This document shows, one piece after another, positions 13,994 to 26,429 of a stretch of 64,000 bases of DNA; the first letter of the stretch is position 1, and every line of letters starts with the position of its first letter. Where the stretch lies: the NCBI RefSeq assembly GCF_018977255.1, contig NW_024704743.1, positions 95,606,001-95,670,000 on the forward strand. The letters run 5' to 3'. The notes under the pieces are model-generated. The model searched no databases. It was not told the DNA's origin and was given only the letters and a program-made list of their open reading frames with translations. Position numbers and translations under genes: made by a program. The DNA is from Callorhinchus milii. Its lineage: Eukaryota.

Positions 13994-14291
13994 AATAATA
14001 ATAATCCTTGCATTTGATATAGCGCTTTTCACGTCAGAATGACGTCCCAAAGCGCTTCACAGAACACACTGTAAAGTGAATTGACTGTATATTTGTGGGC
14101 GAACGCGGCAGCCAATTGCGCACAGCAATGTCCCACAAACAGTTGTAGATTGAAAATAACCAATTTTTGGGGGGGTTTTGGAGGGATTATTATTAGGCGT
14201 GTGCAGTAAGGAAACTTGCCCAAGGTTTCGCCCTGCCTGGAATTGAACTCAGGTCTCTCGCTTGCAAAGCCAGTGCTCTAACCACTGAGCT
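13994..14291 (-). mobile_element. Young tRNA-headed SINE, near full length
   Basis: Reverse complement of the 24948-25266 element with an (ATT)n tail. A second, older tRNA-like head follows at about 14300-14365. Confidence 0.92.
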
Positions 14292-14639
14292 TAAGGTTCC
14301 GCCTGGGAATCAAACCCAGGTCCTCTCGTTTGCGAGGTGAGCTCGTTAATCACTATGCTACAGGTAGATATGCATCTTAAATCATCAGATTAAGAGAGGC
14401 ATTTGATATATGGTGAACACCTCGCATAATTATTTTGTGCAGAAATTGTTATTGGGGTAATATGCTACTTAATCTGCAATAGCAATTTCTTATATAAATA
14501 TACTTGCATTTGATATAACGTCTTCCACTTATGGTTTTATATACAGTATATAGCGTGGGGCACAACATGTCAAGCGACTGCCAGGATGGTGGAAAGCGAA
14601 CTAGATGGACCTTGGGTCTTTTATCGCCTAGCAAATTCT

Positions 14640-15040
14640 TATGTTCCTACCGAGATGACATCCAAGTGCTTCACAGCGCTTTTACTGTGAAGTGGTGACT
14701 ATGTGTTTTAGTTGAGTTCAGCAGCCAATTTTCACACAATGTCACACAAACAGTCATGAAGCAAATTACTAATTTTATCTGAAGGAATGTTGGTCAGGAT
14801 ACTGAGAGAAACTCCCTTCTCTTTTCAAATATTGCCTTGAGGTCTTTAACATCCACCTAAACAGGTAAACAGGATCTTGGTTTAACATCTCATCCAAAGG
14901 ACACACCTCTAACATTGCAGCATACACCACTGCATTGGAGTGTCAGCCTAGACTATATGCATTCAAAGTACCAACGTGGGGCTTCAGCCCTTCCAACTCA
15001 GAGGTGTGAGAGAGCGCTACCAATTGAGTCAGGCTGACAC
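14640..15040 (-). mobile_element. Old Deu-domain SINE (SacSINE1-like)
   Basis: Contains ctttaacatccacct (reverse complement of the Deu core), a tRNA-like head near 15000-15040 and an L2-like tail near 14650. Confidence 0.7.
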
Positions 15041-18000
15041 CATCTTCAGTTTTTTTTTAAACGATTCTGGATGAGGGAGGTTGTTGGGACAGAACTCCCT
15101 GATCTACTTCCGAATAATGCCATGGAATCTTTTAATCTTGGACCGCCAGAACAGGATTTGTGTGTAATGCCCGATTTGAAGGATATGAACAATGTACTCC
15201 GTCGGTTATATACGGCAGTGTCAGCCCAGATAAATAGCTCAATTTTTGATGTGGGACTTGAATCCACCACCTTCTGACTCAGAGACAAGGCTTCTACTAA
15301 CTGTGCCAAAATATTATTCACTGCTCCTATAAAAATGGAAAATTGCAATCAAAGAGTGGGTTAAGCCCCACAAGCCTTAATCCAGACCCTCATGTGGCAC
15401 ACATGCTAGGCCCCTCTCTACAGATGCAACCAGCTTCAATGCTGCGTAGGTTAAAACAACAAAATGTTCCATGATTACTTACCAAGCACCAATTTGTTCC
15501 CAACTTCGTTTTGAAACATTACACCATGTACAAGGCATTTTCCTTTATCCAATTTCCTCCCCATGAGCATATAACTGGGCATTCGTCATGTGTAAACCAG
15601 TACAATATCAGCAAGCTTTTCAATTACATTCGACTTCACAATCAAACCCAATTCTGTTCTCAAACATACACAAATTTTCCAGATGGGTTTCAAAGGTGGA
15701 ACCATGGCTGATCTTACCCTCTGGTCTAGCCCATGGATACTGAAGCCAACCGATGCACGCTACTAGATTAACTAACTCAGCACAGCCTAGAATTTGAACC
15801 TATAGCCTTCAGAGCTGCAAAAGTATTGCTAAACTGACTGGTACCTTTAGCTATCTGGGCTATCAGAGGTGCTTACAATCCATCTGATTGCATATAGCAG
15901 GATGACCATCTCAGTCTATTTGCCTAGCCCCTTCCCTCCTTCAAGGCCCGTCTCAAGACACTCCTCTTTGACCATACTTTCGGTCACCCCCATACCCATA
16001 ACTTCCCTCCATCCCTCCTGATCCCAATCCCCTTGCTCAGGTCCAAATTCCTGACTTGTGAATTGTGGACAGAATAAACAACGTAAGTAATTTTTGACGT
16101 GTTATTGGTCTGATCTTTTGTGCAAGGAAAGATTATATTAGGCCAAAAACAAACACCCTTTTTGGAAAAAAAAGGATTTTTACATCAGTTTCAGGGTTGC
16201 CACATCCCCACTGCTGCTAATTTCCAATCTCAATTGTATTGCTCTCAGAAGGACATAAAAATGCCATTAATCACTCAGCCATCTCTCTCTCTCTGCCACA
16301 GTTGTCTTATCTTTTTTCAATCAAAATCGATACCCTTTCTTGAATTGTACCAACTTACATCCAGGATGCTTTTTCTCCTACCTATATCATTGCTATGCTG
16401 AAATTGACACTCAACACTCTCCTATACCCATTCATTCTTTCCAGGACCTCATGACTGAGAAAATCGCTGCCTCTATAGGCTTTAAGAATCCCAAACAACA
16501 ACTTCAATTTTCTCCTACTGTCTCCAATTTTGAGAGTATTTTCCATTTGGGCTTTAGCTCATCATCTTGGTTCTCAATAAAATGTTTAATTTTAAATAAT
16601 CCCAAATATAAATATACCACTTACAATAACACACTACATTCATTTGGATATAGAGTAATGGAATTAATAAGCCTACTATAAGTGTACCAGTTGCCCAGAA
16701 AAATCAACAGCTGTTTTTAACAAGCATTTTAATTTCATATCAGCAGTCATACAGAACAATGCCTGATCAAAAGAACATGTTAAAAAAGATAGCTTAATGC
16801 AGACAAATAGATTTAATTTAACAATCAGCACACAATCCTAGGTAGAACATTTCCTATGAGTCATGATGGGTTGAAAGCATACTTCCATTCAGTGTTTTAA
16901 GAGTAGCTTGTTGCAAACAACTCATCAATAAAAAAAGAATGGAAAGAAAACAACCAGAATTATGTTCTCTATTTTGTCTTCAACAAATTTCAGATCAAGA
17001 AGTTGATTTTAGTAAATATTTTGCACCTAAACTACATGAAGTGACAAACCACTCTGAAGCTAGCAACATTAGACATTTAAATCCCAACTGGTAACATTTT
17101 GGTTAACTGGCGACCACTACACATACTTAATTTTATCCAATAAAGGGATTTTCTTAGTGGAATGGAGGACAAAAGGAAAAAAAAATGAGAAATATTCTTA
17201 GCCTTTCAAATACCAGGACCTTTGTTGCCAATAATTCTGTTAAATGTGCTAGAAAATATAACTGAATTCTGTAAACTGATCTATTTTAGACTGACATAGC
17301 AAATAAAAATGTTTTAGAAAGATTAAATTTGATCTTAGCTGCAGTGAGAAAATTGACATTGCTGTCACTCTTTTTAAAATTGTTTAAGTCTGTATGATTT
17401 TAGATTGGGCAATAGATTAAAGCAGTTTTTTTTCAATATTGGACTTCACTATCAAAATATTACAAGACACCACTGTGAATTTGAGTCTCCATTTTCTTGA
17501 TCCAAGCAGCTTTGTAAGGTATTAAAATCTAATGGAACTGCAGCACCTAAATCACAAAATGAATCCACTCTTTCATTCCTTTATTGCAGCTTTTCTTTCT
17601 CCTATTTGGAAGGCAGTGATTCACTGAGGGACAGTTCCCCCTCAATGTCGGCACTTTTGATATAAGCACTGACAGCAAATGTCAGATGGGTTATTTTAGC
17701 ATGAAGCAAACAACATTCCCAAGACAGATTCTGTTCTCTATATTCATACTTCCCGAAGTCACCGGTTATCATTAACCAGTTTTATCCTTCCCTACTCAGA
17801 CAACAAGATCAATTGCATTATATATTACCTAGCTAAGATTAGCCTTTTATTTTTAAAAAACATGTATGAAAAGTTAAGCAATATGAAACTTTACAACCAA
17901 AATAACCCTCCCTCGACTCTATATTTAGCATTTTGTTCGTTTCATCGGTTTAATTTTTTTAAAATTATGGGTTGTGAGGGTTTATTTTTTAAAAATGAAA

Positions 18001-18439
18001 CCTACACAACCCATACAATTTAGGCTTACTATAAATTACAAAAAGCAGCAATGGATGATACCTTCAAGATCCCTTTTTTAAAAAAAAATTCAATTACTCT
18101 ACTTAAGGCAGTAAAAAAAAACTGGTTTCAACTTCCATTTTAACCTTTCCAGGACGCCTAATAATTTTGACACAAGAGCAAAATTACATCTTATAAATAC
18201 AAAATAATATGTATTCGGATTCTGATCTGACAGAAGCGTTATTAAACCTCATTTTACGAGCCTGACAATTTTGTTGAACAGTTCCAAAATTACATAACTT
18301 TCACCCGGGATCAAATATTCGGAACTATTCGGGTCTAATTTTGTAACTGCTCTTTAAAAAAAAACCGATGAGAATTGGAAAGCAAGTGGCTCAAATTCCC
18401 TATTGCATCGACATACTGTAATTTTTTTTCAAAAAAAAT

Positions 18440-19760
18440 AACCACGCGTCCCCCGTCCGATAGTTGCAATGAAGCCATTTTTTTTCGCCCAAAAAAAAAA
18501 AAAAAAAAATTGGGCCTATATGCCAGATGGAAACGCTCGATGGTGGAGAAGACACACCGCGAGAAAAGAAAAGAAAGAGTAAACAGAGTACTTTGCTAAC
18601 GAAGCATCGATCTCCCAACCGCGAACCCGGCTTCCAGGCGACCTCGCCCAAGTCTCATCTTCACCCAAATTACGACCCGTGTAACCGCAAGTTACATATT
18701 AAGATTTCTTCCTCGGTTTTTTTTAAAAAAAGGGACGATCCCTTCCCCCCCCCCACCACCACCACCAGCAGCACCACCACCACCACCGCACAGACCGCCG
18801 GCCCATCGGCTGCTGAGTGACCGAACTGCTCGTGTTCGAGATCCCCCCCCCCCACCCCCGGGGCGGAGCCCGATAGCTAAAGCCGGGAGTAAAAGTCACT
18901 CTTTGTCCTCGGGGCCTACGCTCCACCTGAGGGACATGTTACCGGGTGGTGCGGAGGGGGGGAGGCGGCGACTCGCCACACAGAGCCGCGCTCCCTCCCC
19001 AGTACTGTAACACATTAAAAGAGGACGAGGCTGTCGATCCACTCCCCCTCCCCGCACCCGCCCACCCCGCGGCCGCATTGTCTCAGCAACTTTTCCGCCC
19101 GGCGCCGACTGCACGGGGCCCTGCACGGGGCCGGCCGCCTGCAGCGGGGAGAGCGGCGGCGGATTATCGTCGACCTCCTGCGGGCGGCCCGTCCGGCTGG
19201 GGCGGGCCTGGCGTGCCGTGGTCTTAGGCCGGAGCCTGAGGCCTGCGGCGGCTTCTCACCTGTCGTTCAGCTGATCCTCGGTCCCCGGTAACGGGTGCAC
19301 CACGAAGTGAATGGACGTCATTGCGGCCCCGGCAGAGGAGAGGGAGCCGCGCGGCGCCAGCCAGGGAGGGAGGGAGGGAGACGGCGGCCCCCACACACCC
19401 CGTACAGTCAGCAAATCCCGGATTTCTTAAAATAAAAAAAAAACTCAACTAGTTCTCAGGGCTATTTTTTTTTCTCCCCCTTCTCTTCTCTCTCTCTCTC
19501 TTTCTTTTTTTTGGTTAAAATTCCCAAACGTTGGGCCAGGAGACGGTTTGACACCCGCCGCCGATTTACACGACGGCCGCCATCTTCCTGTTGATGCGTC
19601 CTCTCCGACAAGGTCCGCCTCGGCATTGGTGGCGCTCGTCTAATTGGCTGCTGAGGGCGAGGGAGGGGGGGGGGAGGGGCGCGGGGGGAGTCAGGTGACT
19701 CGTCAGGGAGGTTTATGGCAGGTCAGCTGGGGGCCATTGTTAGAGGGGAGCACGTGACAG
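18440..19760 (-). promoter_or_regulatory. CpG island and TATA-less promoter of UBR5
   Basis: High GC and CpG density relative to the flanks. YY1-type CCGCCATCTT at 19577-19586, ATTGG/CCAAT boxes at 19626-19630 and 19643-19647, G-rich GC-box region at about 19655-19690, and E-box CACGTG at 19751-19756. Confidence 0.85.
19260..19321 (-). CDS. UBR5: UBR5 coding part of exon 1 (62 nt)
   Basis: ATG at 19321-19319 encodes [20 protein letters not shown](R), followed by AG|gtgag donor. This is the recognisable UBR5 N-terminus inside a CpG island. Confidence 0.98.
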
Positions 19761-19828
19761 AAAGAGCCACCTCCTCACCCACATGCACATGTATGTACTT
19801 ATTGTACCCTGGACCCTTTTTCAAGGTA

Positions 19829-20159
19829 ATAATAATAATAATAATAATCCTTGCATTTGATATAGCGCTTTTCACGTCGGGAGGACGTCCCAAAGCGCTT
19901 CACCGAACACACTGTAAAGTGAATTGACTGTGTATTTGTGGGCGAACGCGGCAGCCAATTGCGCACAGCGGTGTCCCACAAACAGTCGTAGAATGAAAAT
20001 GACCAATTTGTTATTGTTTTGGGTTTTGGAGGGATTATTATTAGGCTCCGTGTGGAGTAAGGAAACTTGCCCAAGGTTTCGCCCTGACCTGCCTGGAATT
20101 GAACTCGGGTCTCTCACTTGCAAAGCGAGTGCTCTAACCACTGAGCTACAGGACTCCAC
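19829..20159 (-). mobile_element. Young full-length tRNA-headed SINE with target-site duplication
   Basis: Has head, body and (ATT)n tail. CAAGGTA occurs at both ends (19822-19828 and 20159-20165). Confidence 0.95.
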
Positions 20160-20165
20160 AAGGTA

Positions 20166-20300
20166 CTTGCAAAGAAAGAATTTGCTGGGCTATGGGGTAA
20201 GAGCAGGGGGTGTGGGACTGGTGGTAGCTCTTTCAAACAGCCGGCACGGGCACGGGCACTGACGCACTGGCACCACGGCCTCCGTTCATGCTCCGTGGTC
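20166..20300 (+). mobile_element. CR1-type LINE 3' terminal fragment
   Basis: gggctatggggtaagagcagggg...gctctttcaaacagccggcac resembles the CR1 3' end known from cartilaginous fishes. Confidence 0.6.
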
Positions 20301-21136
20301 ATGCAGAACGCTACCGTTTGGTTTAGCGAACACATGTGTAACTTTCCAAGACCAGAACCCGAATGAAGTGGTTTCGTGAAACGCAAGAGCACATCTGAGG
20401 ACGCGCGCCGGCCGGACCAAAGGTGCCATTTGCCACACGACGGTTGTTATTTGGTACAGGTCTTGACCTGCAGCAATCCTCAGCGAAATTGTTCGTTCAT
20501 TTCATTCACGGCTAACACTTCAAGGGAGTTCTCGAGGTGCACTGCATTATTCAAGGTGCCGTCCTTCAGATGAGACATTAAACAGAGGTCCTATCTGCCT
20601 GTTCAGGTCAACATTAAAGATCCTATTGAATTATTTGAAAGGAGAGGAGAGTTTCTCCTGGTGTCTTAGCCAACAGTCTCCAGATAAAATTGGTCACTCA
20701 TTTGTAGCTCTTTCTGAGACATAGCTGTGCAACATTGCTGTGTAGGTGCTGTTCACCTACAAATATAACTCCTGTAAAATTGTGTGAAGTGCTTTGAGAC
20801 ATCTTGATGACTTAATAAGGAGCTATATCAAAAGCCAGAATTATTGTTACATATTACATGTGGAACTCTTCATCTTGTTTGGATATTCTTAAACACGGTG
20901 GTGGGTTTCCACATTTGTCAGACATCAGCTGACTAAACATTTTTAATTCATGGCTCTTTGCGGGACCGTGCTGTGCACAAATTGGCTCCAGTGTTTGACA
21001 GGAATTAACTTTGAAATATTTGAAACATTTTGAGGACAAAGATTATTATTAGATTGAACTTTTTACCAGATATCTATTAATGTTTAAATCTATTACTTAT
21101 TTGATTTAAAGCATAAATCAAATTATCAATAAATCA

Positions 21137-22152
21137 CCCCTTGGTGACATCATCCGCAGACATGGGGTCAACTTCCACACGTATGCAGATGACACCCAAC
21201 TCTATCTTTCTGCCTCCACTCTCAACTCCAGGACCACTGCTGTCCTGACAGACTGCCTGTGGGACATCAAGTCCTGGATGAGGGCACATTTCCTACAGTT
21301 GAATGTGAATAAGACTGAGTCCCTCCTGATTGGTTCGCGCCAATGCCTCAGCACCTCAGGCTCTGGCAGCATCAACCTCCATGGTTGCACACTACAACTC
21401 ACCAAGTCAGTCAGGAACCCAGGTGTCTTGTTCAACCCTCAACTGTCTTTTCTCTCCCACATTCAAGCCATGACCCGCTCTGCCTTCCCTCAACTCCATA
21501 ACATCGCCCGACTCCGCCACAACCTCACCCCTCAGGCCGCTGAATCTCTTGTTCATGCCTTCATTACCTCCAGGCTCAACTATGCAAATGCCCTGCTTGT
21601 CAGCCTTCCCAACTCCTCCCTCCACAAGCTGCAGATAATCCAGAACTCTGCAGCCCGTGTCCTCTCCCGCACCAAACTCCGTGACCCCCATCTCCCCCAT
21701 TCTCGCCCGACTCCACTGGCTCCCTATCCTTCAGAGGATCCAGTTCAAGATCCTGGTCCTCACATATAAAGCCCTCCTTGGCCTTGCCCCACCCTACCTC
21801 TGTGACCTCCTGAACCCCTACTAACCCGCTCGTTCCTTCCGTCCAGCCGGCTCTGGCCTGCTCCACGTCCCCCGACCCACCCGCCCCACCATTGGCGGGA
21901 GAGCCTTCAGCCATTCTGCCCCCAACCTCTGGAATTCCATCCCCCAGTCACTCCGCCGCGGCCCTTCCTTAGCCTCCTTCAAGTCCCGCCTCAAGACTCT
22001 CCTCTTTGACCATGCCATCAGCTACCCCCCTTCCCCTCCCCTTCTGCCCCACTGACCCCAGCTCGGGTCTGAAATGCTGTACTCTGTCCAGCGCCTTGGG
22101 ACATCCTCCTGACGTGAAAGGCGCTAGACAAATGTAATCTTGTTGTTGTTGT
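21137..22152 (+). mobile_element. L2-clade LINE, 5'-truncated about 1 kb (RT C-terminal part and 3' tail)
   Basis: YADD region at about 21182, then MRAHFLQLNVNKTE...LVHAFITSRLNY and the LHWLP motif with a frameshift. Tail gacgtgaaaggcgct...(GTT)n. Confidence 0.95.
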
Positions 22153-23369
22153 AAAAGTCTGTCCATTCCATCTCATTGATGTTTCCGTTGTGGCATCTAA
22201 TTGTATTTTGGATCCGAGCCTAAAGACCTTCCTTTTTGATTGTGTTTACGGTCACCCTTCCCTCTCCCCCTGGCTCAGGGTCAGACTCCACCAAGTGCCC
22301 CGGGGCGCTACCCTGTGTGAATGGCGCTATGTAAATGCAAATTCTTGTTGTTGAAGCCTCCGGGGAGGGGCTAGGCAGGTTCTGCTTGGAGCTAAGATGG
22401 CTTCAAGATATCATGTTTGGCAACAGAATGTCGTAAACGAGTCAATCATCCAGAGTGGGATTCTTGTTAACTCTGCTCCAGTTAACCCTGCAAACTGAAG
22501 CTATAATGAGTAATAGAGCAGGCCTAGGTGGACAAACAACGGCAAGCTTGCCAGATAGTGTTCTCAATAGCAAGCTTTGTGTTTTTAGCTGGTTAAACTT
22601 CAGACATTGCTCTGCGCAAATTGGCTACCGCTTTCACCTACAAAATAGTCACTATACTTTAACAGCAAAATCCTGTAGAGCGCTTTGGGACATCTTCCCC
22701 ATGTGAAAAGCACTGTGCTGTATCAAATGCAAGGATTATTATTATAGTCTCTGAGCTAAAAAAGAGAAGATCCAACAGATGAGCTAAATTGGAATCTAAC
22801 AGGATTTCAACCGGTGACCCCGATATGCAATGCAGATGACTATCAGCCTGTCAGCCTGGTTTTATCAGTCAGCACACTCTCTGTGTCAGAAGGCCATGGG
22901 TTCAAGCCCATGTGAGGACTTTGAACTGACAGTCTAAAGTGACATTCCAATACAGTGCTGGGGGAGGGCTGCGTTGTTGGAGGTGCTGTCCTCTAGGCCC
23001 ATAAACTGAAGTCCCATAAATCTCTTCAGGGTGGACATTAAAAATCCCTTGGCAGTATTCAAAAAGAGATGAGTTTCTCCCAGTGTCCTTACCAACAATC
23101 CCCAAATTAAAAAAAATAAATTGGTCATTCTCTTCATGGCTGTTTGTGGGGCAATGCTGTGCGTAAATTAGTTGCAATATTTACCTACACAGTCACTGCA
23201 TTTCACAATCAAATTTGTGAAGCATGCTGCAATGTCTTGATGACATAATAAAGCATGGATGCAAATCCTTTCAAAGATTATTTTTATTTATTGTGGTAAA
23301 TTAAAATTTCAGTGATAGCCAATGATGTCTTTTGGGTTGCCCTGTTATTGATGGTTGCAATTAATATGA

Positions 23370-24116
23370 TTTTCAGAAGGTAGATAACGTAACACACGGG
23401 AAATTACTTGCTATTAAGAAGCAATATTGTGGCATAAATAGAAAATTGGTTGGGAAGCAGGAGACAGTGAAATGGGAGTTGTCAGGCAGTGACAAGTGGT
23501 TCGTCCAAGGATTAGTGCTGGAGCTACAAACCTTTCACGATATATATAAATGACCTGGATATAGAAATAGAAAGCATCATATCTAAGTTTCCTAACAACA
23601 TAAACTAGTAGGTATAAAAATGTTGAAGAGACGAGAAAACAGAAAAGGGCAATAGATAGATTATGCTTGTCCTCAGATCTATGACGTTTAGCAAATGCCT
23701 TACTTTGCTAAATTGTTCAACATTGTAAAATGCGAGTTAGTATACTTTGGTATTGAGAATGACGGATGCGATTACATTTTATCTGGGAAAGTGTGGGGTT
23801 AGATAAAGATACAGATTAGGGATCTGTATGTCATTAAAAGCTAGTTCACAGCTACAGGAAGCAAGTTATTGAATTGGAATCAAGAAGGTGTATAGCATGT
23901 TGCTTCAGTTGTACTGAGTGCTGGTCAGATATTTGAAGTATTGTGCTCAGTTTGGTTGCCTAATCCAGGAATGGTATACCAGTCTTGGAGTATGTTCAGT
24001 GCTAATTTGTTGGATTAATATGTGGAGTGAAGGGGTTCAGCTATGGTGAGAGGCTGGGTAAAGTAAAGTTACATTCCCTAAAGCAATGGAGGCTTAGGGG
24101 TGATCTGATTGAGATG
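23370..24116 (+). mobile_element. Heavily decayed CR1 LINE fragment
   Basis: Remnants such as atataaatgacctggat (YINDLD) and KGFSYGERLGK...LRGDLIE. Confidence 0.8.
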
Positions 24117-24947
24117 CAACAACATAAGTCAACAATCACTACCATTTATATAATGCCTTTCATGCAGGATAGTGTCTTGGAGCACCATACAATACACAGT
24201 CACCACAGTTCAAAGTAAAATCATGTGAAGTACTTTGTGACATCTTGAGACCCGAAAAGCTACTACTGTATATCAAATGCAAGGATTATTATTTTGTTAT
24301 TATCTTCAATGTGTGCCCTCAGACAACCTCCCATATATAGTTCCATATATGTGAAGGCTCTTCTAGCACCTCTCTTGCACTCCTAGACAAGAAGCAAGAA
24401 AAGACTGGTTGTTTATAATTGATCTTTTCTTTGCCTCTGGCCTCCATTCTCTTCCTTCTTGTTTCTTTCGTTTATTGATACTGCTATCAATATTGCTAGC
24501 AATTTGGCTATTTTTCTCTTTTGCCTGTCCCAAGCTTCAGATATTTTATCCCACGTGTTCTTCCTCCTCACAATAAATTGCAAAAGAAGTTAGGATGAAG
24601 AAAGCCTTCGGCCAATTTAGTTTAATTCTTCCAGAGTACCAACCCTCAAAACTGCTTCGGGATACAGATATAGGAGCATTAATGAAGTTTTCCCATGATA
24701 TCATCAAGCCCTTTCTTACTGGTCTCAGTAGTAACCAGTTCCAGCTGTTTATCACCCTTAGATAGTTGTCCATTCAATCCTTATGTAAGGACTTGAGCTC
24801 TCACTTAAGACTAACACTTAGGTGGAAGAGAGAATCATTGTTGGAGGTGTCATTCCATTGGAGGAGTCACTAAAAAACTGAGACCCATGTGTGTTCAGGT
24901 GGAACCTTACTCTGTTTGCCTACAAATAGTCCTACTATGGAGTACTT

Positions 24948-25266
24948 GTGGAGTCCTACAGCTCAGTGGTTAGAGCACTCGCTTTGTAAGTGAGAGACCT
25001 GAGTTCAATTCCAGGCAGGGCGAAACCTTGGGCAAGTTTCCTTACTCCACACGCCTAATAATAATCCCTCCAAAAAAACAAAACAATAATAAATTAGTCA
25101 TTTTCAATCCACGACTGTTTGTGGGACATTGCTGTGCGCAATTGGCTGCCGCGTTCGCCCACAAATATACAGTCAATTCACTTTACAGTGTGTTCTGTGA
25201 AGCGCTTTGGGACGTCCTCCTGACGTGAAAAGCGCTATATCAAATGCAAGGATTATTATTATTATT
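24948..25266 (+). mobile_element. Young full-length tRNA-headed SINE (reference copy)
   Basis: A-box-like agctcagtggttagagc, B-box gagttcaattcc, body ctgtttgtgggacattgctgtgcgcaattggctgccgcg, tail gacgtgaaaagcgctatatcaaatgcaagg(ATT)n. Confidence 0.95.
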
Positions 25267-26429
25267 AAATATGCTGCCATTATTGACAGCACTGTAAAGC
25301 ATTTTAAGGTGTTTCCATATTATAAATGCCTTATGGAATGTGAGGATAATTATTATTTATCTTAAAATTCAAAACCCAGAATAGTTTCTCCTGTTGCTTG
25401 AAGTATGTGTTATTGTTTCTATTTGGCATCTTATATATAGCTAAGGGTCTCTTGAAGTCTGAAATATCCTAGTTTATCTAGTTGTTCCTAAGCTTGTCCT
25501 TCTAAAACAGATGGGATCAACCTTATTGCTCTCCTCTGCCTCTCAGGCCTTGTGGGCCTCTTATGTCATAGCAGCGAAAGCTACATTCAGTACTCTAGGT
25601 GTGGCCTGACCAGAGTATTGTACAGCTTGCATTTCATACATCAGTCAAAGTTTCTTGTTAATCTATCTCACTTCCTTTAATGTTCTTGGAGTCATGCCAT
25701 CTATGCCTGGTACTTTATGAGCTTTCAATTGCTCCAGTTTCTTAATAACAATGTCCTTGGTTATCTCTGCTCTCTTTTTGGATTGAGTTGAAGTGCCAGA
25801 TAAATGGGTTGCTGGATTATGAATATCGTCACAATTGCTCTATGGATATCAGTGAATGACCTAGTTTAAAAAGCAAAATCGTACCTCTAATCAACAATAC
25901 CCTTCCTCTCATGGTTGTTGGAAGCTGTCGTGGATTGGTAAAAGCTGGCTTTAGGGTGGAAGATTCATATTTAGTGATCCAGAGTCTATCAAGTAAATGC
26001 AGAGTGAATGCTGCGTTTCTAGAACCTGGCTTCTCTTCACACTGACTGGACTACTCAGAATGGCTCCAGACTCCCACAGACTGTGACTCATGGTGCTCAC
26101 TTCCTCCTTGACCTTTCTACTGCCTTCGACACTGTTGACCATTCTATCGTCCTCCACTGCTTCTCCTTTCAGCTCAACATTCACGGACCTAACCCCCTAC
26201 CAACCTGTCTGCTCCCTCCACTCAGTGGGCTCTGGCCTGCCCCACCATTGGTGGGTGGGCCTTTAGCCTCTTTACCCCACCCTCTGGAACTCCATCAGCA
26301 TTTTGACTTCAGACTACTGTCGCTGACCCCAGACCCCTCTCACTGAATCCAGACTCCTCTCGCTAATTCTGCCTCTAGATGGGTTTCCACCCAATAAACC
26401 AAGGAAAACCAAGAAAGAGGAAAGAGATC

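Noticed and set aside
18375..19227. ORFs within the UBR5 CpG island
   Set aside because: Low-complexity GC-rich and (CCA)n-derived frames in intron 1 with no recognisable protein.
25028..25228. Recurrent small ORF MGKFPYST... (also 14029, 19799, 43893)
   Set aside because: Translation of SINE copies from a TTG start; frames and stops vary between copies.
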